DNA from: Nitrospinales bacterium
GTDB taxonomy: Bacteria; Nitrospinota; Nitrospinia; Nitrospinales; VA-1
Direction: 5' to 3'
Assembly (NCBI GenBank): GCA_965223795.1
Contig: CBDCXL010000002.1
Coordinates: 864,001-928,000 of the forward strand
DNA length: 64,000 nt
The position numbers were made by a program, and so were the translations under genes. Below, one piece after another: positions 1 through 11,035 of the stretch (position 1 is the first letter of the stretch; each line of letters starts with the position of its first letter). Under the pieces are notes generated by a model that saw nothing but the letters and a program-made list of their open reading frames with translations, did not search any database and had not been told where the DNA came from.

Positions 1-12
1 CAAGGTTGAGAA

Positions 13-1161
13 ATGAGTTATTTTAAGTTTAAACAAAAAGTCAATCTAGCTAGAAGCATTATCACAAAAAATGCGCCAGTATATATTCAGTATTATATTA
101 CTGCACGCTGCAATCTAGTTTGCCAACAATGCAATATTATTTATGCACATGCTGACGTCCCTGAAATCGGCATTGAGAAAATAAAATTATTAGCCGCAAA
201 CCTTAGAGAAATTGGAACCAGCATTGTACTCTTAATAGGTGGTGAACCATTTGTTCGTGAAGATTTGCCAGAAATAATAGAGGCCTTTGTCAATGAAGGT
301 ATTCATGTTCGCATGCAAACCAATGGCTTGGCATCTCGAACTAAACTACAAAATTGTGTTAACGCAGGCGCTAAGGATATAAGTATCTCACTGGATACTC
401 TCAACATTGAAAAGCAAGAATTCATAAATGGAGGGTATAGAAACTCATTTACAAGAGCTATGCAATCTGTAGAAGATGTCAATAGCATATTTCCAAACGA
501 TGGCACTGCCTTTTTTGGAACCGTTCTTATGCCTGATAACTTTAGGGATATTCCTAATGTTATTAAATTTGCCACCGCCATTGGTTGGGGAGTATCCCTT
601 GTCCCTGCCCATACCACCTCATCTACGAAACCTCTGGGTTTTCGAACCTATGATAGTAATATTAATTTTTCACAAAACGAATTCGAAGAGGTTGGAGATA
701 TTCTTGAAGAATGCCGAAGTCTTAGAAAAAAGGGATACAATCTCTATGACTCTGATGAATATATCGATGACATTTATCGGTTTATTACAAATAAACCACT
801 AAAATGGAGAAGAAGAAATTCCGGTATCTGCGATAGCCCCAACCTATATTTTGCAATTGAGCCGAATGGACAGCTAGCCCCATGTTGTGATTTTCGGCTG
901 GATCGTCCAATACCTGTTTATGATCCGGAATTTCCTAATTGGTATCGCAACCGTTTAGTGCACAAAGAAGTAGAAGCCCACACTCTCACCTGTTCAGGGT
1001 GTATGTATGGTAGCTATCCGGAAATGACTATTACAGCTAGATATTTTAAACCTTTTATCCATAGGTCTTTATTTTTTCTAAAACCCCCTCCACGGCTAAA
1101 AAAACTCAAACTCAATCAACTTTTAGAACTCGCCGAAAAATTAAATAACAGCAGTGGATAG
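13..1161 (+). CDS. Radical SAM protein with C-terminal Cys-rich (SPASM/twitch-like) region
   Basis: CxxxCxxC motif (CNLVCQQC), GGEP motif, C-terminal Cys residues (CDSP..PCCDF..CSGC). Confidence 0.9.
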   Translation: MSYFKFKQKVNLARSIITKNAPVYIQYYITARCNLVCQQCNIIYAHADVPEIGIEKIKLLAANLREIGTSIVLLIGGEPFVREDLPEIIEAFVNEGIHVRMQTNGLASRTKLQNCVNAGAKDISISLDTLNIEKQEFINGGYRNSFTRAMQSVEDVNSIFPNDGTAFFGTVLMPDNFRDIPNVIKFATAIGWGVSLVPAHTTSSTKPLGFRTYDSNINFSQNEFEEVGDILEECRSLRKKGYNLYDSDEYIDDIYRFITNKPLKWRRRNSGICDSPNLYFAIEPNGQLAPCCDFRLDRPIPVYDPEFPNWYRNRLVHKEVEAHTLTCSGCMYGSYPEMTITARYFKPFIHRSLFFLKPPPRLKKLKLNQLLELAEKLNNSSG

Positions 1162-1173
1162 CACTAGCCCACT

Positions 1174-2070
1174 ATGAATTTATCAGCCGCGTTACTCCAC
1201 AGCATTCTTCGCACATTAAACTCTCCCTGGATCACTCTAGCTCCTGAAATAAAAAAAGAAATCTCTGAATCGCTCATCGTAGAAAAGCATAAGAATTCTT
1301 TTGAAATTATTTGGAAACGAAATGGAAGCGAATTAAAAAGTTCGTATCCAAGTTCGTCTTTTACTTTTTACGAACACAAAATTAAGGAGAAGAATAATCA
1401 ACAAAATATAACAAACTTTTCCAATAAAAATATTGATATCATTGAGAAAATCATTCAAGATCTTACAGGAAACCCTGAATGGAAAGGAATAGACACTACT
1501 TTTCCACGTAAAAACAGTTTCTATCCTTGGCAATACATCACTACCTGGAACTCTGTTATTGTTTTAGCTTTTGCTGCAAATGGATATAGCTCAATTAAAG
1601 TATTATTGATTTTATTGCTTCTATTAAATCTCGAAATATTTTTTTTCAATTATTTATGGATTGGGATTACACCTCTTTACTTTTCATCTCTGATGAAATT
1701 ACCTTTCACGGGTATTTTTGGAAGTATCGGCATATTTTTTATTTCATGCCTTTCCCCTAATAAAATTGGGAGGATTAGAAATATTTGCACTTCCCTTGCC
1801 ACCTTCACCCTAAATTATTTATTTTCTACACAATACAGCTTATCATCAAATACATTCTTACATTCACATTGGTGGTTATTTTTGATATTTTTGACACTAA
1901 TGCTTTTTAGTTTGTTTAAAGACTCTCACGCATTATTAATACCGATAGCATTTCCATGGTTCGCAATAGGACTGATCCTCGATGGAGCTACCACTGTTGG
2001 GATAATTTTGGGATTTTCTATTCTAATTAGAACTCTATTTCAAAATGCGACTTCAAATACCCCTATTTGA
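1174..2070 (+). CDS. Hypothetical membrane protein
   Basis: 298-aa ORF in AT-rich DNA; C-terminal half has several hydrophobic segments; starts 12 nt after the radical SAM gene. Confidence 0.7.
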   Translation: MNLSAALLHSILRTLNSPWITLAPEIKKEISESLIVEKHKNSFEIIWKRNGSELKSSYPSSSFTFYEHKIKEKNNQQNITNFSNKNIDIIEKIIQDLTGNPEWKGIDTTFPRKNSFYPWQYITTWNSVIVLAFAANGYSSIKVLLILLLLLNLEIFFFNYLWIGITPLYFSSLMKLPFTGIFGSIGIFFISCLSPNKIGRIRNICTSLATFTLNYLFSTQYSLSSNTFLHSHWWLFLIFLTLMLFSLFKDSHALLIPIAFPWFAIGLILDGATTVGIILGFSILIRTLFQNATSNTPI

Positions 2071-2114
2071 AAATTCTAATAATATCTCCTTAATACAATT
2101 TCATTTTATCTATT

Positions 2115-4298
2115 TCATCTTCCAGACTCGTAATCTAAATATTTTTCCATAAATGTTTCATCCAATACCGCTTTCAATGAAATAATTTCCAAACTCTTGG
2201 GTTTTATATAAGGTTCCCGGGTTTTATATTCCAACCATATAGATCTTATCTTCCTTATTGGCTGTTCATCAATAGACGCCAATGCCTCAATTCTTATTTT
2301 CCTATCACCAATATCAGAAGAGTCATCAATAAATGTGTGAATGTATTTTGACTCCTTAGTATCTGTGAACCCTAGAGACATACTACCTTTAGTAAAATAT
2401 TTTTTAAAAACGTCACTGTTAATCCGATAAACAATCTTTATATGGCTTGCGAGTATTTCTTTTTTTAAATCATACTCAATACGGATATTTCTTGACTTTA
2501 CTTTTAATATATTATTTTCCTTATCATATTTATTTTGATTTTTATCTTTTATACCTTCACCCAAAATCTCATATTCCTGCAAATGCCTTTTAAACTGTTT
2601 TTTCTTTGAATTTCTTTCTAATATTGCCGCGAATTTAAATTCTTTTAATAATTTGTAGTTTTCCAAGATATACAATTCTATGGAATTTCCAAATCCCTTA
2701 AAATTTGGACTACCCTCTTCCCACCAAGAAGTTTGTGTTTTTATATCTGATCTAAATGAAGCAATCTTTACAGCATTCAAATTTCTTCTAGTATTCAAAA
2801 TAATAAACTCAGGTTTCTTTTCCTCCAATTCCTTAATAGCCAATTGCTTGTACTTTTCTCCTGGCTTTAAATCAAACAGTCCATCCCGGGCTGTCAAAGG
2901 AGATGGTCTTTCTGTCCAATGGTTATAATATCCCCATGGATAAACAAATAGATATTGGTCTTTTGTTGTATTTTCTTCAACAAATTGGTTAATACGTAAA
3001 TATTCATCTCTTGTGCTTTTTGTAACTTCAAAACCCACTTTTTCGAAATAAATCTTTTCCCCATCACTATTATTGGTATTCTTAGCACTAAAATTAAAAA
3101 TACTTTTATTTTCTGCAGACAATACCACCCAGGTAAACATAGAAGCAAACAATACTGAATAACCAACCATTGGCTTTAGTTTATTTTCCTTGAATTTTTC
3201 TAAATATTTATTTACTAATTTTTCGCACACGAACATTCCGATTGTTATTGCTGGGACTAATCCATAAGCCAGATATTGATAACTTGGACTGGATAAAGTC
3301 CTAAAGTAAATCATAGAACCGTAAATACCCAATATCCCAAATTTAATTTCATGCAGATCTTTACTCACAAAAAATTTTACAGAAAAATATATTATCCCCA
3401 AACCATATATAATAATTGGAATATAGAATCGTAATTCTGTGGATAGTAAAAATGTTATGAGTGATGCAAAAAACGAATAAGGAGTGTCAATTTTTATTGA
3501 TGGAAATACTGGGAACCATTGTGAACGAGCTGGATTGTTTGAACTAAAATTCGTTACCAAGTCATAATAATATTGAAGGTAGCTTGCAAGTACACTATGG
3601 GCATATAAGTACAGAAATAAGGGACCAATTAATGAAATTAGCCCTATTGCATACCAAAATAAATATTCTTTTATCGGTATATGTTTTCTATTTATTGCCA
3701 GACAAATTAAACCAAATCCAATTGCCAACAAGGAAGGGAATCCATATTCAAACCCAAGTAGGATTCCTATAGATGTGAGACAGCCAGCGAAGAATGCATA
3801 TTGCTTGCTCTTTGCATTGCAAATGGAATATATAAAAAAAGCAATTGCTAACTCTGCTCCCAGGTGCCTTGGTGATGCCCAAATATTATTCACATAGTGT
3901 AAAATGCAAATGAAAATGAATAATATACGAATCAACGAATTTTTACATAATAGCCTTATGTATAAATAAGATAACAATATTCCTAATGTAGGCAATACCT
4001 GAGTCTGCACAAAAAGAAGAGCATAATGATTTTTACCACCTAAATAATAAAATGGGATCTGAATATATAAATATAGTGGCCCATACCACCAAAAATAATC
4101 TTTATGAAAAACTCCACCCTTTAAGACACGATCAAATGCCTCAATGTTTAGGACATGATCCAAATAACCAATTTCATTAGCATCAAGTGTAGGATAAAAA
4201 TATTTATAATAATTGTTGCCAAAGTGAAATAATATGAAGGCTAGAACAATAATGTATTCAACAGATAAGATGTGTTTGTTTTTTACTTGACCCATCAA
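2115..4298 (-). CDS. Polytopic membrane protein, probable GT-C-fold glycosyltransferase
   Basis: 727 aa; about 10 TM segments; N-terminal loop with acidic residues and DYFWWYGPL; soluble C-terminal domain. Confidence 0.6.
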   Translation of the reverse strand: MMGQVKNKHILSVEYIIVLAFILFHFGNNYYKYFYPTLDANEIGYLDHVLNIEAFDRVLKGGVFHKDYFWWYGPLYLYIQIPFYYLGGKNHYALLFVQTQVLPTLGILLSYLYIRLLCKNSLIRILFIFICILHYVNNIWASPRHLGAELAIAFFIYSICNAKSKQYAFFAGCLTSIGILLGFEYGFPSLLAIGFGLICLAINRKHIPIKEYLFWYAIGLISLIGPLFLYLYAHSVLASYLQYYYDLVTNFSSNNPARSQWFPVFPSIKIDTPYSFFASLITFLLSTELRFYIPIIIYGLGIIYFSVKFFVSKDLHEIKFGILGIYGSMIYFRTLSSPSYQYLAYGLVPAITIGMFVCEKLVNKYLEKFKENKLKPMVGYSVLFASMFTWVVLSAENKSIFNFSAKNTNNSDGEKIYFEKVGFEVTKSTRDEYLRINQFVEENTTKDQYLFVYPWGYYNHWTERPSPLTARDGLFDLKPGEKYKQLAIKELEEKKPEFIILNTRRNLNAVKIASFRSDIKTQTSWWEEGSPNFKGFGNSIELYILENYKLLKEFKFAAILERNSKKKQFKRHLQEYEILGEGIKDKNQNKYDKENNILKVKSRNIRIEYDLKKEILASHIKIVYRINSDVFKKYFTKGSMSLGFTDTKESKYIHTFIDDSSDIGDRKIRIEALASIDEQPIRKIRSIWLEYKTREPYIKPKSLEIISLKAVLDETFMEKYLDYESGR

Positions 4299-4466
4299 AT
4301 TTTAATTTATAAATGAATCCATAAATTATTCAAAATTTCACATCCACCTATTCCCAAAATATAACCACAATAAAATATACATATTTTTTCACCTAAAAGT
4401 GCTATTCACTTGTCCCACTTTTTAATATTTAAATGATACCGAGTATGCTCATTACTATTAGCACTC

Positions 4467-6560
4467 ATGCTGATTAAAGAAAATATCCTAATTATTATAA
4501 TTATTGCCGTATCACTTATTTTACGCTTGATGGGTATATTCTTTGGATATCCTTATGCATTGAATTTTGATGAAATGCAAGATATCCCAAACATATTAAA
4601 AATGTTACAAGATACTCATCTTAAGCCCCCTCATTATATTCATGGGTCTTTTTACTTTTATTTCTATGAATTTTTCACCTTGATATATTTTTTGCTTGGT
4701 AAGTTTTTAGGAGCCTACAAAGATGCATTTGATATTTACCCCGTAGACCTGATCGTTTTTTCAAGGTGCATTAGTGCCATATTAGGGACAATAACTGTCT
4801 ATTTAACTTACAAAATTGGAAAACTCTATCATTCAAAACAAGTTGGGTTAATTTCAGCCGCATTACTTTGCACCTGTTTTCTTCATGTGATGGTTTCTCA
4901 CTACGCCACACAGGATGCATTATTGACTCTTTTAATATTACTTTCATTTTTTTGGGCAATCGATGCTTACAAGACGGATCAATTAAAAAGTTATATTCTA
5001 TTTTCCTTTTTTGCTGGATTATCTACAGCCACTTCAATGACAGGAATTCTGTCAATGGGTGTCATTGCATTGGTTTTATATCGGCATAAAAATAATCTAT
5101 TAAACAAAGTTCTTCTTATAAGCTTTACAGCTCTTTTTACTTTTTTATTATTTTCACCATATTTTATATTGGATTTTTCAACCTATTACTCTGACATTAA
5201 GTTCACTTTAAATTTCCATGAAACTGGTAAAGGAGCTGAATTTGCCAGTGATTTAAATGGTGAACCTACCTGGTTATGGTGGATAAAATATTTTACCTCG
5301 ACCGGCATTCTTTGGCCTTTTTCTATAGCAACCCTAATCGGTTTCGTATTTTTGACAAATAAAAGAACCATAAATTGCTTATTGGTAACGATTTACCCGA
5401 TATTGTGGGCCATGGTTCTTTTAGGTCATTCTGTTCGCTATGATAGGCATGGCACTTCATTACTACCCTTTTTTGCGTTAATAGCCGCAATTGGCATTAT
5501 TGAGCTTTATCGTTACTTTCAAATTTATTTTAAAAAGCAATTGTCCTTCAAATTTGTAATTATATTTTTTTGTTTTACCTTTATCTTCTACCCACTTTTC
5601 ATATCAAGTGCTTTCGGATATTTATTAACAAAAAACGACACTTCATTACGTACAACGAATTGGATAATTAAAAACATCAAAAAAGGCTCTAATATCTGTG
5701 TAATGACTTCAAGGGGAACAGAAGAATTTTCTGTTCCTTTCAATAAATTGAAAGATTCTTACAACACACTATTCACACATTTACATTTTGATGATTTTGT
5801 CACAGATCCAAATATTTATCTTTCTGAAGGCATTCAATATTTGGTTATAGGAGGAGATTACTCAAACCAGTCCATTGTTTATAAAAATGTATATGGAAAT
5901 AAGAAATATAATTTTTTCAGACAAGTCAGAAATAATTACAAGCTTTTAGCCAAGATAGAAGAACCGTTATTTGAAAAAGGGTTTTTCAGTCCTCGTAATT
6001 TAGAGCGCTCAGCAACAGCAAACTTCAATCATCATAGAACTTATGAAATATATTCATTAATAAAATCAAAAAATATTAATAGTGATAGACAGCACTATCA
6101 ATACTCCAAAAGATACCAGAAACTATTTTCTCCTGGAGATTTATTAAAATTTTCTAAAGCATCTTTAATACAAGATAAGAACAGTCGTTTAAATGAACTC
6201 TTATATTCGAAATCAACAAATGACAAGAGCACTCAAATAATCGCTGGACCCTATGAAAAAATACCTGTAGGAAATTACGAAGCTATATTCTCTCTAAATG
6301 TCAATGATTGTGATTCTGGTTTACCTGTGGCAGAAATTGCAGTAAAAACAGGAGGAGCGAAAGATACTCTTTCCAAGCAAATACTTTATTGTGAGGATTT
6401 TAACTCACAAAAGAAATTTCAAAAATTCAAACTATCTTTTCATAATCCAGTTGTTAATTCCTGGAAACCACAGATAGAAACTCCGATATTTTTAACTGGG
6501 AACGGGAGTTTGTTTTTGGAATTTATCGAAATTAAAGGGCATGGTCTTGATTTTGGTTAG
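4467..6560 (+). CDS. ArnT/PMT-like (GT-C) glycosyltransferase with C-terminal soluble domain
   Basis: First TM followed by a DE motif (NFDE), SHYATQD, many TM helices, C-terminal GPY..P.G.Y segment. Confidence 0.8.
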   Translation: MLIKENILIIIIIAVSLILRLMGIFFGYPYALNFDEMQDIPNILKMLQDTHLKPPHYIHGSFYFYFYEFFTLIYFLLGKFLGAYKDAFDIYPVDLIVFSRCISAILGTITVYLTYKIGKLYHSKQVGLISAALLCTCFLHVMVSHYATQDALLTLLILLSFFWAIDAYKTDQLKSYILFSFFAGLSTATSMTGILSMGVIALVLYRHKNNLLNKVLLISFTALFTFLLFSPYFILDFSTYYSDIKFTLNFHETGKGAEFASDLNGEPTWLWWIKYFTSTGILWPFSIATLIGFVFLTNKRTINCLLVTIYPILWAMVLLGHSVRYDRHGTSLLPFFALIAAIGIIELYRYFQIYFKKQLSFKFVIIFFCFTFIFYPLFISSAFGYLLTKNDTSLRTTNWIIKNIKKGSNICVMTSRGTEEFSVPFNKLKDSYNTLFTHLHFDDFVTDPNIYLSEGIQYLVIGGDYSNQSIVYKNVYGNKKYNFFRQVRNNYKLLAKIEEPLFEKGFFSPRNLERSATANFNHHRTYEIYSLIKSKNINSDRQHYQYSKRYQKLFSPGDLLKFSKASLIQDKNSRLNELLYSKSTNDKSTQIIAGPYEKIPVGNYEAIFSLNVNDCDSGLPVAEIAVKTGGAKDTLSKQILYCEDFNSQKKFQKFKLSFHNPVVNSWKPQIETPIFLTGNGSLFLEFIEIKGHGLDFG

Positions 6561-6608
6561 CAGTATACTCTTTAACCTATTTCCGAAATTGATTTTATAT
6601 ATATCTTC

Positions 6609-9600
6609 GTGATCATTTTTGGAATCCTCATTTTTTCTTTTTTCTTTAATTCTCTCGCTATTGCGGCCACACAAAATGAACGACTTGAAAAAACAGAAGT
6701 CGTTCATGTCTCCTACCCTATTTCTAATTTTTCATCAGCTAAGTTTTTACTAAATATAAATGAACTTGACGATAAATTATTGCCTGGCTCTTACAATATT
6801 AAGGCAAAATTTAATTTTAAATCGAAGATATCCCCTATAAAACTCAATAACATTATCCTGGCTTCCAATGAGGAATCTTTTTCTAACCCGCTTTCCTCGA
6901 AAAAAATTTTAAATAATCCCCTCCCATCTATACCCTTAAATGTAAATAGTAAAAATCGGCCTTTAAATTACAAATTTCCAAACTTAGATATTCCGTTTTC
7001 CAATCTCGATCAACTGAATTTAGATTATTTTGATCACAGCTCAAAGAAATCCTCAGAAATTCAATTGGAAATGGTAGTTTCCGGTGAGAATTTAAAAAGA
7101 GCAAAAGTGTTCGTCAAAGGAAATTACAACCCCTTAATATTAAAGAACTCTGAATATTTAGTCACTTCTCCCTGGAATAAGAAAAATTTAGGATATTTGA
7201 TTAAGAGAACAATAGATTCGGCACCCAATCAAGCGTGGCAATATAAATATAAAAATAAATATTTATTTTTTCAAAAGCGGTTTACATTTGATCTTTCAAA
7301 AATAGAAGCTATTGATTTTGTTTTTAAAAAAGGGGTTGATTATAAACTCATTAGAAAATTGAATTGCAATCTTAGAGTCGGATATGCTCTCCGAATAAAG
7401 CCAACTAAAATTATTGAATGTAAGAAATTCCCCCAAAAATTCATGCATTTCGAAAATGGCATGGGATTTCGCCTTTTCATTGCTGATTATATTCGCTCCG
7501 AATTTACAAATGACGTTAAAATTTATCTAGATGAATTGATATTTTTTATTCCAAGTTCATTATCTCCTAATTTTACGGACCAACCATTAAATTCAGTTAA
7601 TTTCCAAGAACTCACAATCCCAAGAAAAAGTATTCGCAGTAATCTGAGCGAATCAAAAGAAAATCATAAAGAAACGGAACCTACTTTTTATTTTTATAAT
7701 CAAATTGAAACATCGTCCTCGGGGATGATGCATTTAAAGTTATCTTTAGATAAAATTTCTGAAATTATTGGCAGCAACGGCATAATCCACAGTATAAATC
7801 TTTCTTCACATTCGAATAATTCAACAAGACAACAACTTCATAAATTAAAAATTATCAATTTTATATTGGGGGATCTTCCTATCACTCAAGACATAGGAAA
7901 TCAACTATCGGTTCGCTGGGGAGGTCTTTTCTTAAAACCAAATGAACAAGAACATAAAATTGAAAGTGTCCATGTTAAATCATTTATTCCTTTTTACGAT
8001 ATCCCCCAATATTTCAGCTCACGATATCTAACAATCAATTCCGAATATTTGGGGTTAAAAACTTATTATAATTCACCAACAAAATCATTTAAATATTATG
8101 GGTTGAAGTTTAAAACCGATGGATATTTTTATAAGCGGGATTCTGAAATAAATGGCCTTGATTTGGAAGGCAAAGGAAATTGGATTGAATTTGAACTGCC
8201 ATTTAACAGCACACTTGATAACGGCACGAGATTTTTTCTGGATTTATATCAAGGTTGGCATAATATTTTGGACATCCAAGTTTTTCCATTTATCCAAGGT
8301 ATAGAGCAGCCACCTTTTTCCCCATTGATTAACAAGTCATATAAAACGATAAATTCTTCGCATAAAATTGAAAAATTCAGAATTCGCATTAACTTAGTTG
8401 GAGGATTTTATCAAATATTACTAAAAGAAATTGCGATTTTTAATCCTATACTCATTGAACCTTCAAAGGTTTTTGACAATTCACTTCCACTTGAAACTGA
8501 AATTCCACTGATTCCCTATAACATTCAATCTACTCCTAGGAAAAATATTAAACACTCGCAAGGGCGTATCAGTACTTATCTCTTCGGAGATACTAGGCAA
8601 ATAAAAAAACTTGCTTGGGAGACAACGATTGAAAAAAAACTGAGTCAGATTCGAGGCCTGAAATTATCATACAAAATACCACCCATTTTGCAAATCAGTA
8701 ATCCCTGTTGGCTTCAAATTACATTGATAAGTAACAAACAAAATGTTTCAGACAAAGTTTGCCCGGACAGGACTGCAGATCAACTTATAATTCCTTTAAA
8801 TTCTTTTTTTACCAACTTAGATATCCAATCGAATGACACGGTCAAAGCAATTAAATGGGAAATCACTACAAAAAATAATATTCCTCCTGATAAAAATTCC
8901 TGGCCGATTGAAATTGGTGTATCAATATTTAACTATGAGATTGATACATTACGAAATCACATTGCTAAAACTCCAATTATCTTTTGGAATGATCATATTT
9001 TATCTCCAGAATTCATCAAGGAGTTTAAATTTGAAGGGAATTTAAAAGAAGCTTTATGGATGAACATTGGAGTGTTAAAAAAAGATTTCCGCAAAAACAA
9101 TTTTCCTATACTCGGTTTATGGGATCATCCCTACCTTGAAGTTGAAAGTATTAATTTAGAAAAAACCAAATCAATATCCCTAGATGAATATAATAATTTA
9201 ATTCAAATTAACTCAGAAAGTACAACTATCGGAAATACGCACTACATATCGATTTATAGGATCATTTTATTTTTCTTTTTAATTATCGTTTTGTTTGAAG
9301 GCACAAAACATTCACAAATACTCTTGAACACTGAGTGGAAGTTGTCTTTTTTTAATAAATCTTATATTTCATACTTTAAGTTTTTATATTTTAGCGCAAT
9401 CATTCTTTACTTGATTGGCTGGATATTTAGTTTAATCAACTGGCGAATTGGTGCAGATATCTTCTTGAGTTTTGCAAGTATTGTAGTGGTTTTAATTTTT
9501 CATAAATACATTTTTAGATCTAGACATAAGATTGAAAATATTTGTCCCAATTTAACTCCTTTAATATTTAAAAGTTCAGGCACTCCCTATCTTTTTGGCT

Positions 9601-9752
9601 TTTTAACCTCTCTTGCCATATCAAACCTATTTTTATTGGTACTATTAAATCCGATAGCCGAGCATATTGCCATTATTGGTTATTATTTGCTGATCATTGG
9701 ACTGATTCTTGAGAGTAAAGCCTTATTAAAAAAATTCCATCTAATTAGATAA
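6609..9752 (+). CDS. Large exported/membrane-anchored hypothetical protein
   Basis: 1047 aa; N-terminal signal-like segment; C-terminal cluster of TM helices. Confidence 0.7.
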   Translation: MIIFGILIFSFFFNSLAIAATQNERLEKTEVVHVSYPISNFSSAKFLLNINELDDKLLPGSYNIKAKFNFKSKISPIKLNNIILASNEESFSNPLSSKKILNNPLPSIPLNVNSKNRPLNYKFPNLDIPFSNLDQLNLDYFDHSSKKSSEIQLEMVVSGENLKRAKVFVKGNYNPLILKNSEYLVTSPWNKKNLGYLIKRTIDSAPNQAWQYKYKNKYLFFQKRFTFDLSKIEAIDFVFKKGVDYKLIRKLNCNLRVGYALRIKPTKIIECKKFPQKFMHFENGMGFRLFIADYIRSEFTNDVKIYLDELIFFIPSSLSPNFTDQPLNSVNFQELTIPRKSIRSNLSESKENHKETEPTFYFYNQIETSSSGMMHLKLSLDKISEIIGSNGIIHSINLSSHSNNSTRQQLHKLKIINFILGDLPITQDIGNQLSVRWGGLFLKPNEQEHKIESVHVKSFIPFYDIPQYFSSRYLTINSEYLGLKTYYNSPTKSFKYYGLKFKTDGYFYKRDSEINGLDLEGKGNWIEFELPFNSTLDNGTRFFLDLYQGWHNILDIQVFPFIQGIEQPPFSPLINKSYKTINSSHKIEKFRIRINLVGGFYQILLKEIAIFNPILIEPSKVFDNSLPLETEIPLIPYNIQSTPRKNIKHSQGRISTYLFGDTRQIKKLAWETTIEKKLSQIRGLKLSYKIPPILQISNPCWLQITLISNKQNVSDKVCPDRTADQLIIPLNSFFTNLDIQSNDTVKAIKWEITTKNNIPPDKNSWPIEIGVSIFNYEIDTLRNHIAKTPIIFWNDHILSPEFIKEFKFEGNLKEALWMNIGVLKKDFRKNNFPILGLWDHPYLEVESINLEKTKSISLDEYNNLIQINSESTTIGNTHYISIYRIILFFFLIIVLFEGTKHSQILLNTEWKLSFFNKSYISYFKFLYFSAIILYLIGWIFSLINWRIGADIFLSFASIVVVLIFHKYIFRSRHKIENICPNLTPLIFKSSGTPYLFGFLTSLAISNLFLLVLLNPIAEHIAIIGYYLLIIGLILESKALLKKFHLIR

Positions 9753-9790
9753 CACAAGGGCACTTCTCTAAATTTAATACGAGACCTCGC

Positions 9791-11035
9791 GTGCATAGTT
9801 TTTTGCGCAACAACATCCTCATCCTCGTTCTTCTCAATTCCAGCAACATCTTCAATTATCTTTTTCAGCTCACCGTCGGCCGGTCTCTGAGCCCTGCGGA
9901 CTACGGCAGTTTCAACGCCCTGAACTCGCTCGCGGTGGTTCTGTCCGCGCCAGCTGCTGTGCTGCCGCTGTTGTTCTCACGCTACACCATCCAACTGGCC
10001 ATCAAAGACATGGGTCAGGTCAAGGGCCTGCTGGTCAAAGGCCTCCGCACGATGGTGCTCGTCGCAGCGGTTCTATTCCTGGCCGGTATCGCCGCCCTTC
10101 CCTGGCTCAAACAGTACCTGCACATGCAGGTGACCTTGCCGATCGTCATCATGCTGTCGCAGCTTGCTCTGTCCCTGCTGTTTCCCGTTCTTCTGGGCGT
10201 GATTCAGGGCCTGCAACGATTCATGGTTTTCGGGCTGGGAGCCAGCAGCATGCCGTTGTTCCGGCTTCTTGGCGGGCTGGCGATGGTGTCCCTTCTGGGA
10301 TGGGGTGTTTCGGGCGCGCTGTTGTCCGGTGTGCTCGGCGTGACGGTTGCGTTGTTTATTTTATCCTGGGCACTCAGGGAAGTTTTCAAGCAGGAGGTAC
10401 AGCCGTTGCCCGACCGGCTTTTCCCGGAGATGCGGCGTTACGCGCTGCCGGTTTTTTTGTCCACGACCATGGTCATGACGCTGGGCAATCTCGACATCGT
10501 TCTGGTGCGTCACTACGGCACCCCGGAAGAAGCCGGCCTGTATTCGATCGCCGCGATTCTTGGGCGGATCGCCTTGTATCTGCCGGGCGTTTTGATCACA
10601 GTATTGTTTCCCGAAGCAGCGCGCGCTCAGGACACGGGCAAAGAGGACCCGCGCATCCTCTGGTTCAGCATGGGCCTGACGGCGCTTCTGGGAGGCGGCT
10701 TCGCGCTGACCTGCGCATTGTGGCCTGAGTTCATCATCGGCACCCTGTTCGGAGAAAAGTATTTACCAGCAGCTGAGCTGCTCAAGACCATCAGTTTCGC
10801 CATGAGCCTGCTGGCGATCGCCAACGTGATCTTCACCTACTGCATGGCGCGCTCGGAATTCACTTACCTTTGGCCGCTGATCGGAGGCGTCGGGTTGATG
10901 CTGCTGCTGATCGCACTGCATCACGAAACCGCGATGGTCATTGCCCGCAACGTGCTGATCTCCATCGCCGCCATCCTGGCCGGCACCCTGGTCTGGTTTC
11001 TGCTGTCCACGCGTACATCCCCTGCGAGAAAATGA
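9791..11035 (+). CDS. Wzx-like oligosaccharide flippase
   Basis: About 12 TM segments; GRSLSPADYG and NLDIVLVRHY..EAGLYSIA motifs typical of polysaccharide exporters. Confidence 0.85.
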   Translation: MHSFLRNNILILVLLNSSNIFNYLFQLTVGRSLSPADYGSFNALNSLAVVLSAPAAVLPLLFSRYTIQLAIKDMGQVKGLLVKGLRTMVLVAAVLFLAGIAALPWLKQYLHMQVTLPIVIMLSQLALSLLFPVLLGVIQGLQRFMVFGLGASSMPLFRLLGGLAMVSLLGWGVSGALLSGVLGVTVALFILSWALREVFKQEVQPLPDRLFPEMRRYALPVFLSTTMVMTLGNLDIVLVRHYGTPEEAGLYSIAAILGRIALYLPGVLITVLFPEAARAQDTGKEDPRILWFSMGLTALLGGGFALTCALWPEFIIGTLFGEKYLPAAELLKTISFAMSLLAIANVIFTYCMARSEFTYLWPLIGGVGLMLLLIALHHETAMVIARNVLISIAAILAGTLVWFLLSTRTSPARK

